A DNA stretch of 64,000 bases from Chrysomallon squamiferum (GCA_012295275.1 CM022678.1:7812001-7876000), one strand, 5' to 3'; shown: positions 1-13,325, counted from the stretch's first letter. Notes: generated from the sequence alone by a model not told the origin. Program-made: numbers and translations.

Positions 1-376
1 AACAGAAAGAAAATAAAATAATAAAATAAATAAGAGAATAAATTTAATAACATATGTACATTGTACATACAATATTGTAATATAAAGTAGATATCTAATA
101 TAAAAAGATAATCGGAAATTTTGTATTAGTTTTTCCAGTTAAATAATACCTTATTTAAATTCACAAAATGCAGTCAAATAAACCATCAACTAAATGTTCC
201 ACAGAGAACAACTACAAATGCACAAAAGAACAGGAAAATAAACACAACAAAAAAAAAAAAAAAAAAAAAAAGAATAGAACAGAAAAACTAGACAAGCAAA
301 ACCAGCACAAACTTACAACCATAAGGACATGATTTCATACCAAATCCACGAATTGATGTATCGTCCTGTGACCCAA

Positions 377-552
377 CAGAACTTGTGTCTTCCTGATCAG
401 AGGGTGTCACAAACACAGCCTTCCACAAACACAGACAACACAACTTGTGTCTTCCTGATCAGAGGGTGCAGCCTTCACAAACACAGACTTGGTTGATGTT
501 CGTTGTGACCCAACACAACTTGTGTCTTCCTGATCAGAGGGTGCAGCCTTCT
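377..552. repeat. three-copy imperfect tandem repeat inside the last visible CAMSAP exon
   Basis: ACTTGTGTCTTCCTGATCAGAGGGTG recurs at about 381, 443 and 518. Confidence 0.85.
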
Positions 553-1217
553 GTTTCGGTTCTATGGGTGTGTTCCTCCTCCTGTCTTTCAGTTTCTATG
601 GGTCTAGGCTCTGTTCAGTTCTATGGGTCGCTCTCCTCTGTTTTCCATAGCTTCTTTCTGTCGTTTTTTCTGCAAGTACTGTTCATAAATCTGTTTTCTT
701 CTCGTCTCTCTCTCTTCTGCTTTCTTCTGTTCTGCATCCTCCTGTTTCAACCTGCAATTAGCACAGTATTGCTATGAATGAATAAATATACAAATGGATA
801 ATGAAAGCAATCTGGAATTAACAAGTACTAATATGAATGAGTAAATGTACCAGTGGATAATTAATTCAAATTAAAAAGGGAAAAGGTGCAGTCTAGCCAA
901 ATGGAGTTTCCTTCAATATTCTCTCAAAACAACTATTTTAAATGTTTTTTTTTATATTGACACAACTGATTTGATTTTACACATTCTGAAATTGTTTAAC
1001 TGGAAACATACTAAACACATTTAGATTGTTTTGTTTGTGTATCCATCATAAGTGTATATTAACAAAATAAAAAAACTCAGCAAGTTTCTATCATTTACTC
1101 AGTGTTGTACAGTAGTAATACTATTCAAATAAATGTCATTTCATTTACTATGATTAGTAAAGGAATCCATTATTCAGATTTCCCAAAGGACAATACATTT
1201 AACATACATACATACAT

Positions 1218-1259
<42 letters not shown>

Positions 1260-2579
1260 ACTGGACAGTATTTGGTGGCAAAAAAGAGCTATAAATAAAA
1301 ACTATAATCAAACATTTTACTACTACTCTTCATAATATGTGTGAAAGTAAATTTACTAATTTTTTTAATTGATCATTTACCTCTCTCTTTCTCTCTGTTC
1401 CATTAATTCCATTTCTTTTTCCAGTCTTTGTCTTTCCTGTTCTTCTTTTCTCTTCATCTGTCTCTCCACCAGTCTGTCTTTCTTTGACATCATTTCCTGT
1501 TCACTGGTCTGAAATGTTTATCAACATAAAGTTGTAAGAGTAACCTTTAACAAAAAATTAACATGTAAAAAGAAAAATAATAATAATAAAAAATAACTTA
1601 CCCCTTCTCTGAAATAAAAACCATTGTAAATAATAACAAGAACAGAAGAAAAAATGTCTATCTCCCAAATTAAAAGATCTGGATATCTGTTTTAATATCT
1701 ACATTAACATACACATTTTATTATGAACGTTTTGTGTAGTGAATTTTGCATGTATCTGTAAGCATATTTATAATCCCTATCTGTATGAATGTTTAATGCA
1801 GACAGTATGCAAAATCTGTTTCTTACATACACAAAACTTTATAAGAGAAATATTAAACTGCTCACTCTGTTAAAGCCCAAGACTGATTCATCTAAAACAT
1901 ATCCTATTCCTGTGGTAGCTGTGTTGTATGATGCGGTGCACATTTCTGCAAACAGTGGACATTGTTGTATCTTTCATCAAAATTTGTTGTCTTGGATTCT
2001 GTCTTGTCACTGGAGGGATCTAAGTCAAGCAGGTAAGTTAAAGTGTGTGTTTTTCATACCAGTTTTTGAGAAAAGTGTCTGTCTCTTCTGCTGTCTGTGT
2101 GTGTCCTGTTCTGATGTTTAGATAACAACATTTGTCGCTTTCATGATTTGTTTCCTGAAAAAGTAAAAACAAAGATAATTTAGTGATATTTGTTTTATTA
2201 GGAACATTATTTACTATTATATATGTATATCAAGACCATTTATTGATACAAATGAATGTTTGATCTTGATGACAAAAAATATATTTCAGCTATTGGATTT
2301 CATTTGTGCATGCATGCATTCAGACATACTGATAAACACATAAATTCTGAGTAATAATTAAAAATAAATATTTTTTAAAATAGTCTAAAATATAAATGTA
2401 AATTCTGAATTTAAAAAAGTCAGTATCTTTTAAACATATTTCATTATAACCTGATTATTGATAAGTATAAATTCTGCTAAACTAGGACAAAACTTAAAGA
2501 AGAAATATTTGATTTAAGAACATACACAGCATATTTTTCACTTCTTCTTTTTATTTTAAAAGGTAAATAACAATACAGC

Positions 2580-2762
2580 TAATAAAAAAACCCACCTGTT
2601 TCTGCAATTTGAAGTGTTTTCTAAACAAGCAACCAAAAATATATTTTTAACATACATCTTTCCACAGAAAGAAATACAACATATACCATGTTAGATATAT
2701 AAGGAATTGGGGAATAACATTATTTGTCCTCCATGCACTCTAACCACTGAGCCAGTCTATCC
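2580..2762 (-). mobile_element. degenerate SINE fragment (same family as 12845-13325)
   Basis: aaacccac...tttccacaga...cataccat...ctctaaccactgagc follows the motif order of the SINE at 12845-13325; the last segment resembles a reverse-complemented tRNA-like head. Confidence 0.4.
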
Positions 2763-5185
2763 ATCACTATATATTTAACAAAATGAATTTAATGAATACT
2801 TACAGAGTAGAGTTTGACTTGTTTAGTTCTGGAGTACTGGTGAATCTTGACTCAGTTTTGTGAAAGCTGCCTTTTGTTGCATTGCTAATGGGAACTTGAT
2901 GTTTTGTGAAACTTGACATCCAGTTTCCATAGATGCTAAATTAAAATTAACAAAAATATAATAATAAACACTGCAATGAAAGCTGTCTGATGAAATAAAT
3001 CTTTGTAAAATTTAACTGAGATTGAGAAGCCCTCATTTAAATATTCCTTTACTATTAACTTTCTTTAGTGGTAGTCTTTTGAAATACTGACCATTATATA
3101 AGGATCTTTCAAAGCCTGAAATCATCCATTTTAAATAATAAAAATGTATTTACATAGGTAAAAGCATCCATCAGTATAAAACCTAAAACTGAATATTGCA
3201 AAATCCCAATTTTTACCAGCACAATAATAAATTTCATAAATGCATATAATAAAAGTTATAATTCAGTTGTGGACTTGCAATGTATATAAAGAATTAGCTA
3301 TTTCTAACCCATCTTTGAAACATATATCTGAAGAAAAAAATAAATAACAATGACTCAATGAGGCAACTAATATTTAATAATGCAAGAAATGATGTTAAGG
3401 AGGAGGATAAGGAGAGAGACCGAAAGAGAGAGAGAGAGAGCATGGAAGATTTTCTATACAGATCACATTCAAAACCAAAAACCCCCAGACCTAATATCCA
3501 AAAAATAAATAAAATAAAATAAATACAGCTATCTTAACTAGGTATTAAGATTCATAAATTTCATATGTGCTATATTTTAAAGTTACCATCTGATTGACTG
3601 TTTTATTTACAAAAATTATGTTATTAAACAAACCAGGAAAATTGAGAGACTGCAGACAACAGCTACTGTACATCCGTCTTCTTGTCTTTTAGTATGTCTG
3701 TCATCACAGGAACAGTCACACTGTCTGAAGGGCTGGAAGTTCCAGTCTGGTAACAGGAAAGTTAAACATTTTAAAATATTCATAAAATATGACGCTTCTT
3801 CTTTTGTTTTAAAACACAGAAATACATGTTTGCAAAACAGTAATCACATTTATATGAAGGTAAGTATATATGTAAGTGACAAATGTACATGGTTAAAAAG
3901 TGTAGAGTGTGTTTACAAGATACTAATGTAATTTGTGTGTATGTGCATGTCTAGCTATTGATATATTATTAACAAACTGCAACCTGCTACATTAAATTAA
4001 ATTAAACTTAATTATGTTTAGAACAATGAGAAATATTTAAATAAAAACAACTCAAATTCACCTGCTCAGATTTTTTTTCTTTTTCAGTAGTACAAACTTT
4101 ATTTAAGCAGAAAATAACTGTGTCCTCAGGGTCTGATAGAAATTTACTGGATGCATTAAAAGTTGCAATTAATCTGAACATTTTAAAATTGCTTCTTCAA
4201 AAATGTTGAATTTAAAGTATGAGGTCTCTTTATGCTATATGATAAATTATACAAAACATAAACCCAAATATCATTCTCCTTCTCCCTCTCTCCTTGTCTA
4301 TCCATTCCTTAATTCTCTCTCTTTCTACATTAATACATTTTCATATTTAACTGCAATCATCATAATCCTTCTCCTTCTTTTCAGCTATCATTTAATAATC
4401 AAAGTAGAAAAATGAACACTTTAACTATACTTCAGCTTCAACTGAAATATAATTTACCATATACTTTCCAAAATATAGAATGAAGAAAGTAAATTAACTT
4501 TAACCGAGTCAAACAAACTCATTTTACTACAAAAAAGATATTTCAAATTTTAATATTTAACAAGATAATAATTTAAATAAATATAAAATAAATATATAAA
4601 CAAAAACAACAGCATACCTGACGGCCGGGACAGCACATTCTACTGAAACAACTTCACTGGCATATGCCAACATCAGCACACCAATTAGAGCTATATGTAC
4701 ATTCTAAAAGAAAAAAATAAATATAATAATAATAATAATAAAATAATAATAAAAATAATAACTAAGCAGTTATAAATAAATAACTAACACTTCTGTTATT
4801 ATGAAAATTTAAATGTAACTTTATTATTCAGACAAAGTGGGCTGTGGGATATCTTCGATACATTTTGTTATTAATAAATAATGTAACATAATTATTATAA
4901 TAGTAAATTGATTACAAACAACAGCAAATAAGTGATTTTTATTATGCTATTTTATAATCAATAAAGAGTTTCTACAAAACTTATTTTACTCTCTAGGACA
5001 CAAAATTAAAATAAAAAACTCACATCTCAGAATCATCTGAGAATGGTGAAGTCTACATAAGAATGGTTTCTGTAACATTGCTAACAAGTGATTCATCCTT
5101 CTCCATGATGTAAATTCCCTTTCTTGACAGTCCTGAATAATAATGCAGTGGCCTACAAAAAATACCAGTAGTAAATATAATGTTT

Positions 5186-6370
5186 ATTTTTTTTGTTATC
5201 AATCTACGTTTGCCAAATAAATGCATTTTTCTCTGCTTATTATGATTATCGTTTGTGAATGTTACAATAAATTTAGTTACATATGAAATTGCCAACACAC
5301 ACACACACACACACACTCACTCTCTCTCTCTCTCTCTCTCTCTGACAATACGATTATAGTTTATACGGCGAATACATCTCTCTCATGTTTCTCTCACACA
5401 TACAATGAAATGAATGAATGAATGCTACAATCAATGAATCATACATAATTAGTTAAAACATAATTACATTACAAAATTTACATCATGTTTACCTCGTTCC
5501 ATGGCTGAAAATGTGCGCATATCTCCGCATCCGATTCACGCTTGGATTCACACAAACATAAAACATCCCAATCCATTTCGATTCTCGTGAAGTATTTCCA
5601 AAATTCTATTAAATTGAATAATCAACAAGTAAAACGTTACCGAATTAAAAATAAAAATAGTCTGGCTATCTAGCATCAGTTCAAACTGGTTTGAAAAGCG
5701 TAGCATACATTCGAATCCGTGTATGTTTGAAACATCGTTGTTTATCGAGACTGGTCTAGGCTGAACGCAATTTTATTTAGTATTTAAGAAGTTATTAATT
5801 TGTTTATTCTTATAAAAATTATTACAAAATTTGTAGAAATTAATTCCCTGAAACCACCACCACCACCACAAAACAAACAAAACAATTCCTCAGGGTTAAA
5901 AATCAAAGTTTAAATGAAACAGATATATGATTGTATTTTATTTTATTTATTTATTTAATTATTATTATTTTTTTTTGGCAACCAGGTCTTTTTCTGAGGA
6001 GAACGGATTGTGCTGTGTATATACATAATTTATTTTGCTAGGCAAAATATGTATAGAGAACTCGAATGTCTCCGTCTATTCGGCCGAAATGATCCGAACG
6101 ATACTGGGTCAGCGAGACTCATGGTTTTGTTTATCAAGACTACAGATAAATGCATCCTTTTCCGGTCTAGAAAGTTAGTGTTTATAAACCGATGTTGGCA
6201 AATTAAGGTAAATAAGTAAGTACAATTTGTCGAACTACTAGCAAACCTTTTATCTGAAATAAATATTTGAGATTAATACTGGCTCTTGTGTTATATCTTG
6301 TAGAAAAAAGGGACTACCCCATAACACTTTTACCATCCCAGTCGCCGAAACGGAACTTTGGTCGCAGTTT
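5186..6370 (-). promoter_or_regulatory. CpG-enriched promoter-like block with ATG micro-exon (coding 5493-5502, ATG GAA CGA G|gtaaac); left copy
   Basis: Reverse complement aligns with 59795-60890, roughly 90% by eye over 5490-5765. Kozak context GCCATGG is followed by a GT donor. CpG density is well above the flanks. Confidence 0.6.
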
Positions 6371-6499
6371 ATTCTGACTAAATAATTTATAATTTTAATA
6401 TTTTACGTAACTTTTAAATAACATATTTATTTATTTATTTATTTATTTTGTTTTGTTTCCAAATTATATAACTTTGAATTATTTGAATTTTATAACTTT

Positions 6500-6536
<37 letters not shown>

Positions 6537-7019
6537 TTATTAAACTAGGGTTATCAATGACATTATTTTTTTTTTTTTTTTTTTTTTTCCTGTTAACTGA
6601 TTTAATTGTTAGGGTTATCAATGATAAAAATATACTTTTTATTTTTTTTTTTTTTTTGCAAAACTAATTTTATCAGAGATAAATTTTACATTTTTTAGCT
6701 AACTAATTTTATTGATAAAGGTTATCAGGATAAACAAGCCCTCTTTTGTCCAGAAAAAAGGCCAAGTTCTCTCAGGCCTAGGATGACCACTTGACCATGT
6801 GTGTAGTGCACAGTTCAGTGAAGAGCAATCACTTCTCCAGTCCTGGCAGTTAAGAAAATTTTGTACAGACTCAAGACACTCAGATGTGCTCAACATGTTT
6901 GTAAACAGATGCTGGGTATAAGTAATTCAGTTTACTAATAGATTTTATAAATTACTTAATGCCATCTGAATGTTTCAATATTAATGTTATATATAGTTTT
7001 ATTGTTTATTTGTAAATAA

Positions 7020-7297
7020 TGATAATATGTATTATTATGAACATGTATAAAAATAAATATGATTTAAAAAAGGGATATGCAGATATTATTTTCATACAAA
7101 TTTAAATTTGTGCATCAATAAACAATAGTAATCATAATCATAGTAATAATAAAATTGAAAACAATAATAAGAAGAAAAAGATGAATAATAATAATGATGA
7201 TAATAATCCATAATATTAAAAAATAAAATAAGAAAGTAGATTTTCAAAAAGTGTAACAAGCAAATATTGTAATGTTAAAGTATTTACTGTTTTTGAA
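7020..7297. repeat. outer inverted-repeat segment, pairs with 58883-59150
   Basis: 7231-7297 agaaagtagattttcaaaaagtgtaacaagcaaatattgtaatgttaaagtatttactgtttttgaa is the near reverse complement of 58883-58948. Confidence 0.85.
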
Positions 7298-7324
7298 ATT
7301 TACTTACTTTATTTTTTGTTTTAG

Positions 7325-7421
7325 GGCAAATGTAGCTGCATATCTCAGCATCAACAGTGTTCTGCCAACCTGGTTACTCACCAAGAGGCTTGTAGACAGA
7401 GACAGCAGGAAACTAGTTAAT
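7325..7421 (+). pseudogene. possible decayed EGF-like exon, upstream part of the EGF pseudogene
   Basis: ttttag acceptor and gtaaga donor; Cys-rich translation KCSCISQHQQC/(fs)CQPGYSPR. Confidence 0.35.
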
Positions 7422-9439
7422 GTAAGAGTTTTGTGTTTGACTGTCATGTTGTAAGTTAATACAGTTTAACTACACCTTGATACAAATCCTCAGAGTAATT
7501 AATCTTCAGTATTTGTTTTTTAAAAACATTATATATTATACAAATAATGCATGATAAGAAAAGTATAGACACTTTGTATGTTGATCTATATTTATGTAGG
7601 AATCAACTTGTTTATTTTATTTTATTTTTTATTAAACAATTGATATCTCTATATCTTTGTGACACATTAATACTGAATTTTTTAAAATATACATTAATAT
7701 GAAAATAAATTATTATTTTATTTTTGTTTTTACATAATTATTATGCTGTTATTACTGTTGAAATGTTTTTGGCAACTGTTCCCATTTATTCAGATGAATT
7801 AGTTGTTTTCCTCAGTTTCAAAAACAACGGCAAAAGTCTTGTTAATTTTAATAGTTACTAATTTGTTCTTTACTGAAAATCATTATTTTTGTTTTATTTG
7901 TATTAACTTTAAATGTCCATATTGGCAGTAATTGGCAAAAATTGTTGAGCTTCAGGTGATTCTGCTAATAGTATTGTATCGTCAGGGTGTCTTCCCATCT
8001 GGTAGAATTCCCAGTTCTTCTAATCCCCATTTCGTAGAAAAAACTCGTCTACTGCAATACCCGATTATACTCTGTATATAAAGAACTTGGCCTGTACATA
8101 CATCTGGTTTCTTTCTAACATTCAGAGGCGGAGCGCATTGTTCCTAAATTGATTATGTAACATCAACCGAAAGCAGAATAAGAGTTCACTACTCAGTTGT
8201 TGTAGATTTTTTACTTTTTCATTATTTCATCATCTTCCTCCTTCTCATTATCATCATCATAATCATCATCATAAACATTATTATTATAATATTATTAGTA
8301 TTATTATTGTTGTTATTATTATTATTATTATTATTGTTGTTATTATTAGTATTCATATTCATCTTATTCTTTTTCATATTATTGTTGTTGTTGTTTAAGC
8401 TGGTCATTTCTAATTCATGAACATTTTCTTTTTTTACAAAACAACGGACCAATAATAAACAATTTTACATCAATTTCCTCTATATATTAACAAAAAATAA
8501 TAAATAAAAATAAAAGAAATGAAAAAAGCGGCACGATGGTTTTTTTTTAATTCTCATGGCTTTTTTCTGTAAAAGAAAAGGACAAAAATATTATAAATAA
8601 CTAATTTTATTCAGCAATATAATTTATATTCAGTAAATAGAATATGTGAAAGTTACATTTATCATTAACTGTTCGAATTAAACCATATTCAGCTTAAACA
8701 TATTCAGGATATATGTTACAGAGCATATTTATGTTATGCACACAAACCTGTTCACATTGTGCACATATTATACAATATATGTATATTAATAGTATGTACA
8801 CTAATGATATTATGACCTGCAAATACTTTGGCTATGACTGAAAAAGTTTATATGAATGACCAAATGATTGGGAATACATTTAGATGTCTACCTTCTTTTT
8901 TCATTATTTACATTCACTACATTCGACACATAGATTATTTCGATATTTGTCATATTTGCATACTTTATACGATAAATGATATCCATTCTACAATAATACC
9001 TCAGATTAAAGATGTAATTGGTTCCAAATTTCCGATAGTTAAATGAGGTATCGTTAAGCGGGAGACTAATTTACATAGAATTAAGGTTAAAAGCAGTGGT
9101 TACTTTCCCGCTGATGAAATTTAACATGAAAAAAAAGGTGAAGTAAGGAGAAATAAAACAACAGTTTAGACATAAATGATTTAATAGATTATAGATACTA
9201 ACTAAACAGTAAATCGTTTACAAATCAGTTTATACAAATACATTAATAAATAATTATAAGCCGCTCATTGTGGGTTAATTTTTGTAGGTTTGGTTTCATT
9301 TAAGATAATCATAATGTATTTTGTTTCTAAAGTTATTGTCTTCCATTTCCTTTTATCATCAGCATTAACCGGTATACTGTTATTCTTTTTGATATATTGG
9401 AAGGATAAATTACAAACGAATTTAAGTCTAAATCGTCTT

Positions 9440-11450
9440 TATTTTTATACATTGGTTTGATGAGTTCCACTAACAAATCGGATGGTATAATTGCTGAGTC
9501 AAGAATAACATTAAAACAATAGTACATATAAATGTAACATAACATTAGCAGTATGCTTAATACATTCATTAATAATAAAATCTTCTCCAGCTGCTCGATT
9601 ACAATGGAGTCTGTTCACTGCTGTAGATATTTCTTCAGCTGAAAAAGGCTTCTTCAAAATGTCATTAGTAGTTTCTTGGCTTTGAATGTGTAATTCTTCT
9701 ATTGGAGTTACATGATCAGGCAAATTTTCATCAACACTGTTGTTAAGAGTTAATGAAATAAAGAAGCAATTGACAGATCCACTTTTGACTGTCTGTTTAT
9801 TTCTGTTCAGAATTGACCAAAACTGAAGTTGAGCTTTGAAGTTTTTAGTATTTTCATTTCTTGTTTAATAGATGTTCTATATTCCCTAACAGCTCTGTTT
9901 AGTGTTTGTTTGTACTGATTCTCTTCATACTTCAAGCCAGCTTTCAGTATGCTTCCACCATATTGTTTATATCTTCTTCTGGCTTTTCTGACTTCCTTTC
10001 TTGCAGCTTATTATAAGGATTTTTCTTTATTACATTATTAGGTGGGTTTCTTCCCAAACCACACACATTAATCTTTGTTATTTTTAAAACATAAGGGCTT
10101 ATTTCTTTATGATTTTTGTTTGGGGTAGTTTTACAAATGAGAGAGTTTACTGACATTTACTCAACACTGTTTTTGCTTTGTAAGACTTGTCCTCCTCCCT
10201 TGTTGTATTGCACTGACTGAATTGGCTTGTCTTGGTGAGAGGTTGGCTTGTGTTGCTGTGGTCTATATTTGGCTGAGTTGTTATGTTTGTGTTTCTGGCT
10301 TCTGTCCCATCCTCTCATAGTCTAAACAGCCTGCCCTCCATATACAATTTATCACCATTTTAAGTCGCTCTTTTCCTTTGCCTTTTTGCTGATTTGTAAT
10401 CTGGATGCAATAATTTCTTCCTGTCATTAATTTCTTTCTGAAATTGTTCATTAACCCTGTATTGCTTGTTTATCAGCTTGTTTTCAGTAAAGCTGTTCTC
10501 ACTATTTCTCTGTCTTTATATAAAATGAATTTTGCAACAAATAGTCCTTGTATATCCATCAAACTTCCTCCCCATTCAGTGAACTCTGTGAAAGTCAGTA
10601 TTATTTTCTACTTTCATTTAACTTTTTATAAACCTTTTCAGCTCCTCATCTGTGTCTTTCTCTGGTGTCCTACTGAAGATTAAATTGTCATGCATGAAGT
10701 GAGTTTTTCTCTTAAGTTTTCTAACTGTTTTTAATTCACATATTTGTTTCATACTGTTATTATTATCTCCAAGTTTACAGTAGAACTGTTCATATCTGAC
10801 ACAACAGATTTCAGATGTCTGAGATCCTTTTATTGCTTTCAAACTGTTTGTTATTGTAATTCATATCCATTTCGATATCTTGCACTTTTTCTTGATATCC
10901 ATCACTTTACCAGTAATGTCTTGTACAGCTTTATCCATACTATTCAGTGGTTTTTCAATCAGGTCAAGTTTTTTCAATTCACCATACATCATATCTAACT
11001 TTCTAGTCAAAGCATCTGATTTTATACTGACATCTTACTTGTGCACAGCTGGTGAAGTTAAACCAGAATACTGACTGTGGGATCCATAGTGTGTCCATGT
11101 TGTCCATAGTCTGTCCATGTTGTCCATAGTGTGTCCATGTTGTCCATAGTCTGTCCATGTTGTCCATAGTGTGTCCATGCTATCCATACTGTGACTGCTG
11201 AGACTGTTGGGTGGTGGCTTACTGTTCAGTTGGTGTTGATGATAAAATGGCGCAGATGAACATTGAAGCAAATTGTTCTGTGACATCCAGCTTGGCTTTC
11301 TTCACTTGCATTCTTACTCTTATTTTTTCTCTTTTTACCTTTTTTATTTTCATGTTGCATACTCACATATCTTTAGCAATAATTTACATTGAAAAAAACC
11401 CCAGATAAAATAACATTTAAAACCAATAAACATTATATACTTTCACAGAG
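9440..11450 (-). mobile_element. decayed LINE (CR1/L2-like): ORF1 remnant plus N-terminal part of the RT region
   Basis: ORF1-like fragments NLIFSRTPEKDTDEELKRFIK..FHRVH..IVAKFILYKDREIVR at about 10350-10700. RT-flanking motif PFSAEEISTAVNRLHCNRAAGEDFIINECIKHTANVMLHLYVLLF/NVILDSAIIPSDLLVELIKPMYKNKDD at about 9440-9660. Many stops and frameshifts. Confidence 0.8.
11084..11190. repeat. 20-bp tandem repeat (TCCATAGT[G/C]TGTCCATGTTG), about 5 copies, inside LINE ORF1
   Basis: direct inspection. Confidence 0.9.
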
Positions 11451-11461
11451 ATATGAGAAAC

Positions 11462-12761
11462 TCAACTTTCATTTCCATGCATGTGCAGTGCTGAATTATT
11501 TTGTTTATCTGTTATGTCAGTAACAGTACCATTGTCCAGTGACAACAAATTCACTGTATCAGTAGATGCCCACATTACTGCTGCTAAAAGAACTTTATCT
11601 CTGTTCTCATCATTTAAACCATCAAGTTTCAGTTTTGCTATTTCTTTTATAATGTTTGAAGTTCTCTGACTAGGAGCAATCATAGCAGTTTGTTTCCATT
11701 TGTTTATTATATGGGATATTTTAGAAACTCTTCATCTTTCAGTGATGGATGTGAAATAGTTTCTTCAGCATTGCTTGATGTCGGTAAATCTGTGAGCAAG
11801 AAACAAGCTGTCAGGTTTCCCAGTGATTGTAATGTGACTTTTGTTAGACACTCCATGTCACAACAGATTCTAACAAGATGGAAACAGGACACACTTCTAG
11901 CAACTCTGCTGTTTTCTTTGGAAACTTAGTTGTTAACATCAGAAACAAACAGTCAAACACTAAATAAATGTGTGTTTATTGCTACAAATAGATACTCACT
12001 TTACATCAGCTGTTTTGTTTATATGTTTGAGTCCAGTGTTTTCTACACTCAGTCTCACTCTAGCAGTCTTACTAATTTCATTATGTCACTATCAGTGTTA
12101 TCTTCAAAAGGGTCCAGTGAATCAATGCTGAAACTGCCTTGTTGGAACAAGATCAGCAGTAGAACTAGGTAATTGATCTCTGAAGATTTATAATTTTTCC
12201 AGTTTTCCAGCTGATATGTGACATATTCTACAGTTAACATAATACACACACACCTGAGGAAATCCAAACTGTAGATGAACTGTCAGTGACAGTATATTTA
12301 TAATTTGTATTCATTGTAACATCTTTTTGTTCCAGATATTTGTTTAGAATTTCTTTCTTTTCATCATAATCCAGACAACTGTCATTACTCTGCAGATCAA
12401 GAACATGATTCTCATTAAACAGACCAAATTCCTTCAAACTAATTTCACTTTCTGAAAATATTTGTTTTCTTAAAGAAATAATACATTTCAAGGAACCATC
12501 CTGAACAAGGTTCCATATCTTTGGAAATTTCAGTTTCCATGAGTCTGTAAAAACTGAAACAAGATTCCTCTTACCAAATATATCACAATGAGAACAGCAC
12601 ATTACTTATTTCTAGAGAGAGAAACAGTTGTAACAGTCTCTGCAGAAGAAATAGCTGTGATGTTTTATGAGGAATAAACAGCTGTGATGTTTTATGAGGA
12701 ATAAACAGCTGTGATGTTTTATGAGGAATAAACAGCTGTGATGTCTGAGGAAGAAACAACG
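11462..12761 (-). pseudogene. nSTAND3-type NTPase (C-terminal part) plus ankyrin-repeat pseudogene
   Basis: Frameshifted Walker-B-like AVLI(D)DIFGK, then W..CIISLRKQIFSE..LFNENHVLDL..LDYDEKKEILNKY, FGFPQVC, YLVLLLILFQQG and ISHPS. An ankyrin-like VLLAAVMWASTDTVNLLSLDNGTVTDITDKQNNSALH follows. No Walker A is seen. Fragmented over several frames. Confidence 0.7.
12652..12745. repeat. 27-bp tandem repeat (AGCTGTGATGTTTTATGAGGAATAAAC), about 3.5 copies
   Basis: direct inspection. Confidence 0.9.
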
Positions 12762-12844
12762 CTGATATTAGAAAAATTTTCCGAATTCTTTGTTTTTTTT
12801 TCGCCCATAGGAAAATAACATAATGATTTTTAATATAGAAGAAA

Positions 12845-13325
12845 CAAAATATGTTATTTAACTCATTTTATTCACTGTTAGTGGGGCTAGATGTATAGTT
12901 AAGGAACATTCAAATAATAAAAGAAGAAACCCACTGCTGTCACTTAATGGTTTACTCTTTCTTATTAACAAGTGATATTTCATTTACACCTTCCCACAGA
13001 CAGTACATACTATTTCATACATCAGTTGATGAGCACTGCTGTCACTTAATGGTTACTCTTTCTTATTAACAAGTGATATTTCATTTACACCTTCCCACAG
13101 ACAGTACATACTATTTCATACATCAGTTGATGAGCACTGCTGTCACTTAACGGTTTACTCTTTCTTATTAACAAGTGATATTTCATTTACACCTTCCCAC
13201 AGACAGTACATACTATTTCATACATCACTGATGAGCACTGCTGAAATGTAAACAGCTCAAAATTCTATCGGACGGCATTGATCCAAATATCTGCTACATC
13301 TTGCAGAGACCTACATCTAGTACCT
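12845..13325 (-). mobile_element. tRNA-derived SINE of gastropod type, with an internal segment of about 102 bp triplicated (12934-13240)
   Basis: Motif order ttatttaac..gttaagga..gaaacccactgct..actcttt..cccacagacagtacatac..gagcactg..gacggcattgatcc matches a SINE recalled from gastropod genomes. ctgctgtcacttaa recurs at about 12934, 13036 and 13137. Confidence 0.6.

Larger units (their letters stand above)
317..5502 (-). pseudogene. CAMSAP: CAMSAP/Patronin-family duplicated (intron-containing) pseudogene, partial
   Basis: GT-AG bounded minus-strand exons. 5024-5152 gives GHCIIIQ/(fs)LSRKGIYIMEKDESLVSNVTETILM*. 4618-4703 and 4062-4173 join in frame to NVHIALIGVLMLAYASEVVSVECAVPAVRLIATFNASSKFLSDPEDTVIFCLNKV. 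Together they match the recalled CAMSAP1 N-terminal segment GHQSVIQALSRKGIYVME..SAHMAMVDALMMAYTVEMISIEKVVASVKRFSTFSASKELPYDLEDAMVFWINKV. Exons 1381-1508 (TSEQEMMSKKDRLVERQMKRKEEQERQRLEKEME..) and 317-751 (RLKQEDAEQKKAEE/(fs)TRRKQIYEQYLQKKRQ) resemble the CAMSAP CC3 coiled coil. Further low-complexity exons lie near 3635-3746, 2803-2935 and 1865-2155. Multiple stops and frameshifts. Confidence 0.85.

Noticed and set aside
445-777. 110-aa plus-strand ORF with hydrophobic tail
   Set aside because: Antisense shadow of the Glu/Lys/Arg-rich CAMSAP exon plus a tandem repeat
8040-9400. Faint LINE 3'-end-like fragments (e.g. SVYKELGLY near 8070)
   Set aside because: Too degraded to assign boundaries or family by eye
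13215-13255. CTGATGA..GAAA as a hammerhead ribozyme
   Set aside because: No room for stem I between the putative cleavage site and CUGAUGA, stem II is poor, and the segment is part of a SINE
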